64,000 nt of DNA from Prochlorococcus sp. AG-347-M15 (GTDB lineage Bacteria > Cyanobacteriota > Cyanobacteriia > PCC-6307 > Cyanobiaceae). Made by a program: the position numbers and the translations under genes. Below, in pieces: positions 57,900 through 64,000 of this stretch. The stretch covers positions 34,343 through 98,342 of the forward strand of contig QCCS01000003.1 of assembly GCA_003281185.1 (NCBI GenBank). Reading direction: 5' to 3'. The first letter of the stretch is position 1. Every line of letters starts with the position of its first letter. Under the pieces are notes generated by a model that was not told the DNA's origin, did no database searches, and saw nothing but the letters and a program-made list of their open reading frames with translations.

Positions 57900-59252
57900 T
57901 TAAAATTTAAACTTAGTTGTTAATGCCATTCCGAAGATATCTTGATCTGTTGCGCTTTGGATGTCATTTGCTCCAAATACCGCAGGGATCATTGTTAATG
58001 AATCATTTACTTTAAATTGGTAACTTGCTTCCCACATAAAAGGTGCAAGACCTTCATCATCAGCAGCTGTACCATCATTTGTAGCTGTAACTTTTAAAGG
58101 CTGACCAAAACCTACTCCAAAGTAATCCGAATCCCTTATGACATCTTGCCATCCTAAACCGACGAAATAGCTAGTTGCCTGTTTAACATGGTTATCTGAT
58201 TGTCCAGTAAGATCTATGATATCCCATCCAACAGATATTTCTGGAACTTTTGTACCTGATTCTTCAGGTCTCCAGTATGCTCTTGCAGCATACGCTGTTG
58301 CATTAGCATCTTCGTCAACTGTTGCGGCTGCATCGGTAGCATAATAAGAGAATGAGCTCCAATCTTCATGTTGCTGTGACAACGTCAAAGAAACATGATA
58401 TTGATCCTGTGTGTAAGCAAGCATAGTGTCCCACTTACTTTCATCCTCATTTGTTAGGAAACCTCCTGTTGAGCTATTTGCTCCTTTTGAAACAATATTA
58501 GTACTAGCGCCAAAGCCATTGTCCCCTGCATATTTGATACCAACACCAGTAGCCGTACTAGCTCCAAATGCACCACTAAGACTGCCTAACTTGAAAGCTT
58601 TATGAAAACCTGGTCTATAGATTGAGACAGGAGCTGCATACATATAGTAGTTTTCAATTTTCCCTCCAAATGTTGCTGACCAATTCTCGCTCTCTCCAAT
58701 TGGTGTTGTATACCACAACTTATCAACTGCAAGATCATCCACATTACCTGAGTAAGTATCAGTATGGTAGAAAGCAGTCTTTTCATAAAAACTACCAATA
58801 GATCTACCGTTTCCATCTCTGACCTTACCGTTACCAGTTCTTAGGCGAACATACAAATTATCATCACCAGTAAAACTGGTATTCAAATTCATTGTGTATG
58901 TATACATTGTTTGAAGGGTATCAGTTGCGCCTGCCGTATTTACTTTGTGAGCACCGTCAATTCTTGTTGCAGCAAAAACTGCTGTAGTATCAAGAGTTGT
59001 TGTATCAGAGAAGGTACCAGCCTCAAATTTATAATCATTTACTTCAGGGCCATCAATAGGTCCTTGAAGGTTTGCTATATCTTCATCAACTTTGTTAATG
59101 AATGATTTACTGTCAATTCTTTTAGATTTTTTTGGGCTACGAGTGTAGCTGTTCATTTCCTCAAGATTAACTACGTCGGAAGCTTGAGCAGCTATTGGAG
59201 CTATTAAGCTCAAAGATGCACCAGCAACCAACATTTGTTGGAAGAGTTTCAT
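57900..59252 (-). CDS. som: Cyanobacterial outer-membrane porin (Som type)
   Basis: MKLFQQMLVAGA signal, FS.TT.L, LNTSFTGDD.L.VRL, C-terminal TTKFKF. Confidence 0.9.
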   Translation of the reverse strand: MKLFQQMLVAGASLSLIAPIAAQASDVVNLEEMNSYTRSPKKSKRIDSKSFINKVDEDIANLQGPIDGPEVNDYKFEAGTFSDTTTLDTTAVFAATRIDGAHKVNTAGATDTLQTMYTYTMNLNTSFTGDDNLYVRLRTGNGKVRDGNGRSIGSFYEKTAFYHTDTYSGNVDDLAVDKLWYTTPIGESENWSATFGGKIENYYMYAAPVSIYRPGFHKAFKLGSLSGAFGASTATGVGIKYAGDNGFGASTNIVSKGANSSTGGFLTNEDESKWDTMLAYTQDQYHVSLTLSQQHEDWSSFSYYATDAAATVDEDANATAYAARAYWRPEESGTKVPEISVGWDIIDLTGQSDNHVKQATSYFVGLGWQDVIRDSDYFGVGFGQPLKVTATNDGTAADDEGLAPFMWEASYQFKVNDSLTMIPAVFGANDIQSATDQDIFGMALTTKFKF

Positions 59253-59256
59253 TTTA

Positions 59257-59264
59257 CCTCACAC
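59257..59264 (-). promoter_or_regulatory. Putative Yfr1 sRNA target site at the porin RBS
   Basis: mRNA GTGTGAGG ends 4 nt before the ATG; complementary to the CCUCACAC part of the Yfr1 ACUCCUCACAC motif. Confidence 0.6.
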
Positions 59265-59344
59265 TAAAATAACCCAATAAGAATGGGTAACTATACTGTA
59301 TCGAGCGTAACTAAAGAAGAAAGAATTATAAGTTTCAAAGCAAT

Positions 59345-59358
59345 GTATCTTTTGTTAC
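59345..59358. promoter_or_regulatory. NtcA-like box upstream of the porin
   Basis: GTA-tcttttgt-TAC; a second GTA-N8-AAC at 59298-59311. Confidence 0.45.
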
Positions 59359-59389
59359 TATCTAATTTTTTATAAAGTTATGATCTTAA

Positions 59390-60259
59390 TTATTTCTTTG
59401 TTAATGGGTGTTTAAGAAGTTCTCTTTCTTCTATCCAAGAAGATGCAACTTCTCTTGCTAGCTTTCGAATCTTTTCAATATATTGAGCACGATCTGTAAC
59501 TGAAATAACTCCCCTCGCATCAAGCAAGTTAAAAGTGTGGCTGCATTTCAGAACAAAATCAAGAGAAGGGTAAGTTAATTTCTTTTTAATTAAACTGTTA
59601 GCCTCGTCCTGATAAATTTCAAATAATTTCCTGAGATTATCAGGATTTGATTCATTAAAATTATATGAACATTGACTTTTTTCAAACTGGAGCCAAATAT
59701 CACTATATTTCAGATTTTTATTCCAACTTAAATCCCAAATATTTTGTTTATCCTGCAAGAACATTGCAATCCTCTCTAATCCATATGTGATTTCAATTGG
59801 GATTGGATTGCAATCTATTCCACCGCATTGCTGGAAATAAGTGAATTGAGTAACTTCCATTCCATCCAACCAAACTTCCCATCCAACTCCCCAAGCCCCA
59901 AGAGTTGGCGACTCCCAATTATCCTCAACAAATCTTATATCATGATTCTTGGGATTAATACCTAGAGATTCTAAAGATGTTAAATATTTTTCCTGTATAC
60001 CGTCCGGCGAAGGTTTAATTATTACTTGATATTGATAGTAATGTTGTGCCCTATTCGGATTATCACCAAACCTTCCATCAGTAGGTCTTCTGCATGGTTC
60101 TGAATAAGCAACACTCCAAGGTTCTGGTCCTATAGCCCTTAAAAAAGTATGCGGATTCATAGTTCCAGCGCCCTTTTCAGTATCGTACGGTTGCATTATT
60201 AAACATCCTTCTGCAGACCAAAATTTATTTAATTTTTGAATTATATCCTGAAAAAACAT
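59390..60259 (-). CDS. glyQ: Glycine--tRNA ligase alpha subunit
   Basis: [44 protein letters not shown]. Confidence 0.98.
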   Translation of the reverse strand: MFFQDIIQKLNKFWSAEGCLIMQPYDTEKGAGTMNPHTFLRAIGPEPWSVAYSEPCRRPTDGRFGDNPNRAQHYYQYQVIIKPSPDGIQEKYLTSLESLGINPKNHDIRFVEDNWESPTLGAWGVGWEVWLDGMEVTQFTYFQQCGGIDCNPIPIEITYGLERIAMFLQDKQNIWDLSWNKNLKYSDIWLQFEKSQCSYNFNESNPDNLRKLFEIYQDEANSLIKKKLTYPSLDFVLKCSHTFNLLDARGVISVTDRAQYIEKIRKLAREVASSWIEERELLKHPLTKK

Positions 60260-60332
60260 CTATATTAAAAATTTAAAAATTTGGAGCAATTCTATATCTC
60301 ATAATAACAAAGCGTATTTAAAAGAAGAATAT

Positions 60333-60719
60333 TTAAGTAAAAGAATCTAGTGGTAATGGTCCATAAGTACCACATTCTTGAGAATCTTCATCATAATGAC
60401 AAGTTATTAAAATTCCCTCTCCAAGTCCATTTTCAGATCTTATAAAAACATTTCCAGTTTTTTGATTTGCTTTTAAAAAAACATTCCCATTAGCATTGAG
60501 GTAATCTAGATCTCTAAATTTAATTGAAGAATATTTTTTTGAAATTGATTTTAATACACTAATAGCATCAAAATCAGAAGGTGCCATTATTCCTATTGTT
60601 ATCCAATCAGCATGAAAGATCTTTGCCTCAAGCTCTTCCAGTAGATTTTTCAATTGTTTTTTACTCAATTGAGGAGATGATCTAAAATTGTTTAGATCAA
60701 ATAAGTTATTTATTTCCAT
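60333..60719 (-). CDS. DUF1824-like protein
   Basis: IGIMAPS, VFLK.NQ.TG, G.GILI, T.GPLPL; start set at MEINN. Confidence 0.8.
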   Translation of the reverse strand: MEINNLFDLNNFRSSPQLSKKQLKNLLEELEAKIFHADWITIGIMAPSDFDAISVLKSISKKYSSIKFRDLDYLNANGNVFLKANQKTGNVFIRSENGLGEGILITCHYDEDSQECGTYGPLPLDSFT

Positions 60720-60742
60720 ATCAATAATTAAAAGCCTGATTT

Positions 60743-61075
60743 TTAACCAAATGTTTTTCCATTCCATGCCCACATTGAAGCAGGAACATCCTCAAAAGAA
60801 ATATAAATCTTATCTATTGGTATTCCAAGTTTTTCAAATAGAAAGTCAGATATTGGCTTAGCCATTTCTGAAGGATTTAAAGAACCTATTGACTTAATTT
60901 CTAAGAAGCAAGAAGGTGACTTATCCTCAAAATACATTTCAGAATTATCATTTAATTTAGTCATTACGAATCTTTTTGATTTATTAGTTAACGATGAAAT
61001 TAGAATTGAAATTTCTTCAAGAAATTTTTTCTTATCATTTACCTTTGTTGAAATCGAAATGTTAACAAAAGGCAT
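60743..61075 (-). CDS. MIF/phenylpyruvate tautomerase family protein
   Basis: N-terminal Pro (MPF), KSIGS, IYISF.D, W.WNG.TF. Confidence 0.88.
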   Translation of the reverse strand: MPFVNISISTKVNDKKKFLEEISILISSLTNKSKRFVMTKLNDNSEMYFEDKSPSCFLEIKSIGSLNPSEMAKPISDFLFEKLGIPIDKIYISFEDVPASMWAWNGKTFG

Positions 61076-61077
61076 TT

Positions 61078-61248
61078 TTATGCAGCTAAATAATCTTTTT
61101 TAGAATCAACCTTTAGATGAAGAGTTTTGTTTTTTAAAGCTCCTTTTGATGAAAGATATGCCATATCGTATGTACTTATTCCGTTTTTGTAGGGATTGAA
61201 AAGAGCATTTTTAGATCTACTTTTTTTGCTTCTTTTGTATTCAATCAT
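61078..61248 (-). CDS. Small hypothetical protein (56 aa)
   Basis: MIEYKRSKKSRSKNALFNPYKNGISTYDMAYLSSKGALKNKTLHLKVDSKKDYLAA*; ends 2 nt before the MIF start. Confidence 0.55.
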   Translation of the reverse strand: MIEYKRSKKSRSKNALFNPYKNGISTYDMAYLSSKGALKNKTLHLKVDSKKDYLAA

Positions 61249-61389
61249 TATTCATTAGATTGTTAATTATTAATTTAACTTTTTTTAAATAGATGTCTAG
61301 TTTTTTTAATTTCTAATTTAATAAACTGAAAATAGTTTTCAAAACACAATAATGTTTTCTATTTACTAAATTCGATATACATCAATTAA

Positions 61390-62037
61390 TTGCTTATTTT
61401 GGAAGTTTTAAATAATTATCAAAGGAAAAAACTTGATGAGAGGAATGATGAAGAATTTTATTCTGATCCAAAATTTGTTTATCATTTAGATAAAAACTTC
61501 AGGCAAAACCTTTCAGATTTATATGAAAGAGAAATTGAAAATCATTCAACTGTCCTTGATTTAATGTCCAGTTGGGATAGTTATTTACCTAAAGTGAAAA
61601 AATATAAAAAAGTTATCGGACATGGTTTAAACAAACAAGAGCTTGAAAAAAACAAAATGTTTGATTCTTATTGGATACAAAATTTTAATTTAAGTCAACA
61701 AATTCCGTTAGATAAAGAAAGCGTGGATTATTGCTTGATGGTTGCCGCATGGCAATATTTACAATATCCAGAGAATTTAACCAAAGAAATTTCAAGAATA
61801 TTGAGTAGAAAGGGCAAGTTTATTATTGCCTTTTCAAACAGAGCATTTTGGCATAAAGCACCTAACATATGGACTTCATCAACTGAAGAAGAGAGGGTCA
61901 AATATGTAAGAAAAGTATTAATCTCAAATGGATTTAATGAGCCAAAAATTATCAAAAAGTTTACTGAATCATCACTAAATATTTTTAATTTTTTAAATAA
62001 AGACCCATTTTATTGTTTAATCGCGACCAAAGGGTAA
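61390..62037 (+). CDS. SAM-dependent methyltransferase
   Basis: D..FY..P.FV.HLD, VLDLMSSW.S.LP, FSNR.F..KA. Confidence 0.9.
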   Translation: MLILEVLNNYQRKKLDERNDEEFYSDPKFVYHLDKNFRQNLSDLYEREIENHSTVLDLMSSWDSYLPKVKKYKKVIGHGLNKQELEKNKMFDSYWIQNFNLSQQIPLDKESVDYCLMVAAWQYLQYPENLTKEISRILSRKGKFIIAFSNRAFWHKAPNIWTSSTEEERVKYVRKVLISNGFNEPKIIKKFTESSLNIFNFLNKDPFYCLIATKG

Positions 62038-62122
62038 ATTTTTAATTGCAAAGAATTTACGACAACTTTATGAAAAGTTATCAACTATTTTTCATAGCCA
62101 TTCTTTTAAATTTTTACTAATA

Positions 62123-62389
62123 TTGGGTAGTCAAATTAATCATATGGGTTCCAAAAGAGAAAAATATCCTGAAAAATGTCCCTGGGATCTTGGGCCTAAT
62201 CAACATTTAGCCAAAGAAGAGAACTGGACTTTAAGATTAGGAGAAGCAAACGTATGCTTTAGCAAAAATAAATTAGATAATAATTATTTTCATGTAATTA
62301 GTAATGAAAATGAAGAGCAAATTTTAGCTTTTAGAGCAAGACTTTTATATCAAAAACTACTTGATAAAGGGTTTAGATTGGTTGAATAA
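62123..62389 (+). CDS. Hypothetical protein
   Basis: ORF track. Confidence 0.6.
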   Translation: MGSQINHMGSKREKYPEKCPWDLGPNQHLAKEENWTLRLGEANVCFSKNKLDNNYFHVISNENEEQILAFRARLLYQKLLDKGFRLVE

Positions 62390-62394
62390 ATAAA

Positions 62395-63048
62395 CTAATT
62401 TAATAATTCTAAATCCTCGAAAACAAACTTTTGTGTTTCTTCTTCTTGATTTTGGTTTAAGTATTTTATTGTCCTCGAATTTAATATCCAATAATCGTCT
62501 TTACCCATATTTAGAAATTCATCCTCGTATTCCAATTTTTGAGAATTTGTCTCAAGTGTATCTGGATCAATTTGTTGACTACTATATTTTTTACTAAGAG
62601 AACCAGTTCCTGTATTTAAAAATTCTTCCACAAAAATTTCAATTATAGTTCCATGAATTTTTCTGTAGACCATATTAATACAGTTATTTTTAACTCTATA
62701 TTTATCACCTTGATTCTTACCTGAAACATTCATTTCAATCCCACTTTCAGAATTTTTAAGTAGATTAAAATTATTTTCCGAGTGCACTGATTCAAATTCT
62801 CTCTTTACCCTATGTATGCAAACTTCAAATAATTGAGAAGCAATACTTTTAGCAACTTTTTCATCTTTTATTTTTTGAATATTTGGTTTAAAGTCTTTAC
62901 CTAATACGAAGTCACCTTTGTAAGTATTATTATTAGTCAAAAAAATACATTTGCCTTTGTAACCATGAAAATCGTTCTTCCAGGTGTAACGATTTTCATA
63001 AGCCTTTTTGAAAATCTCTTTACAGTTAATTTCTCGTAGATTATCCAT
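62395..63048 (-). CDS. DUF3386-like protein
   Basis: F..AYENRYTW...F.GY.G, SQL.EV.IHRV.R.F...H. Confidence 0.8.
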   Translation of the reverse strand: MDNLREINCKEIFKKAYENRYTWKNDFHGYKGKCIFLTNNNTYKGDFVLGKDFKPNIQKIKDEKVAKSIASQLFEVCIHRVKREFESVHSENNFNLLKNSESGIEMNVSGKNQGDKYRVKNNCINMVYRKIHGTIIEIFVEEFLNTGTGSLSKKYSSQQIDPDTLETNSQKLEYEDEFLNMGKDDYWILNSRTIKYLNQNQEEETQKFVFEDLELLN

Positions 63049-63078
63049 TAATTTTTTGAATATATGAAATAATTCTAT

Positions 63079-63112
63079 AAAAAAAACCTCCCTCTTAGGA
63101 GAGAGGTTTTTT
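63079..63112. terminator. Intrinsic terminator downstream of pcb/isiA
   Basis: AAAAAAACCTC..CTC-TTAG-GAGAGAGGTTTTTT. Confidence 0.75.
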
Positions 63113-63124
63113 AATTAGATCAAA

Positions 63125-64000
63125 CTAGTTTTGAGTAATTTTTGTATTTTCAATATTGTCAAAAGCTTGACCAATTTTCTTAAAGTCAAATCCCATTGCT
63201 CTTAGTGCGTGCCAAAGATGACCTTGTAAGAAAAAGAAACCCAAATAAAAATGAGTATTAGCGAGCCAAGCTCTTGAACTGTACGTTCCTGAACCTAAAT
63301 CTACTGTATCAGTAAAATAAGGGGCAAATTCAAATTGAAGCTTTAAGGGTTCTCCATATAGATCAACTGGATATATGGTTGTATTTGATGCACACCAAAA
63401 AGCAGCCACGAAAGCCATATAAGAAACACCCACAACTGAGTATGACAAAATTGCCTCAGCACCTAGTAATCCTTTTCCTTTAAACTCTGTGTATTCTCCA
63501 AATTGTTTAGTACAAATATGGAAAACACCTCCAATTATCTCCAGGAAAGCTAAAAAAGCATGTCCCCCCATAACGTCTTCCAGACTATCTATTTTTAAAA
63601 AATCAAATTGATGATTCCAAATAGCAGCGATATCTAAATTGTAAACAACTTGTCTTGTAGATCCTATTGCTGGGTCGTAAATTCCATGAATACGAGCCCA
63701 TTCAACGAACATTATTGCTCCAAGCCCAAGAAAGATTAGATGATGACCAAGAATAAAAGTTAATTTATCTGGATCATCCCATTCAAAATCAAATTTTTGT
63801 GGCTTACTATTTTCTGGGTAGTCTCCAAGATCTCCTGCAAATTTATTGGAATGTAATAATCCCCCAGCACCCAATACTGCTGAAAAAATTAGATGTAATG
63901 TGCAAATTACAACAATTCCATATGGTTCTGTAATAACACCATTTTCAATACCACCAATTCCAATACCCGCTAGATGAGGCAAAACAATTGCTTTCTGTGC
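63125..64000 (-). CDS. pcb: Chlorophyll a/b-binding antenna protein, Pcb/IsiA family (5' end outside the window)
   Basis: CP43-like without the large loop E: LPHLA, HLIFSAVLGAGG, ILGHHL, SLED..GGH, QGHLWHALRAMG; frame open to the window edge. Confidence 0.92.
   Translation of the reverse strand, partial: AQKAIVLPHLAGIGIGGIENGVITEPYGIVVICTLHLIFSAVLGAGGLLHSNKFAGDLGDYPENSKPQKFDFEWDDPDKLTFILGHHLIFLGLGAIMFVEWARIHGIYDPAIGSTRQVVYNLDIAAIWNHQFDFLKIDSLEDVMGGHAFLAFLEIIGGVFHICTKQFGEYTEFKGKGLLGAEAILSYSVVGVSYMAFVAAFWCASNTTIYPVDLYGEPLKLQFEFAPYFTDTVDLGSGTYSSRAWLANTHFYLGFFFLQGHLWHALRAMGFDFKKIGQAFDNIENTKITQN

Noticed and set aside
770-59105. Numerous short ORF-track entries overlapping long genes (e.g. 1082..1324, 10600..10884, 37327..37662, 53632..54060, 55696..56076)
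   Set aside because: Antisense or alternate-frame shadows of well-supported genes with no recognisable motifs
1-64000. Prophage, IS element, integrase or CRISPR array
   Set aside because: No recombinase, transposase or phage structural ORFs and no regularly spaced repeat-spacer array were recognised by eye

Overview
AT-rich cyanobacterial chromosome segment, most likely from a high-light Prochlorococcus (Pcb-type antenna gene, psbD-psbC, hli arrays, Som-type porin, very low GC). Positions ~1-30480 are a genomic island. It holds many small ORFs, several below the ORF-track cutoff, a glutamine-II (Downstream-peptide) riboswitch with its peptide, a DUF3764 pseudogene, an NSS transporter, SelO and hli genes. 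It also holds a seven-gene Nit1C nitrilase/radical-SAM cluster with NtcA-like boxes. A second cluster next to ychF encodes a ferritin-like diiron protein, a carbamoyltransferase, a DUF5989/SxtK-like microprotein, an SGNH hydrolase and a secreted Cys-Gly7 protein. Positions ~30480-64000 are mostly core genome: ychF, polA, cysS, dxr, pntAB, NTRC-type trxB, infA, ycf39, petM, ilvN, ycf4, psbD, psbC, maf, cobQ, tRNA-Ser(CGA), an iron locus (futA, piuC-like, small secreted peptide, porin), glyQ and a truncated pcb/isiA gene. No integrase, transposase or CRISPR array was seen. All family assignments are from motif recognition by eye, not database searches.
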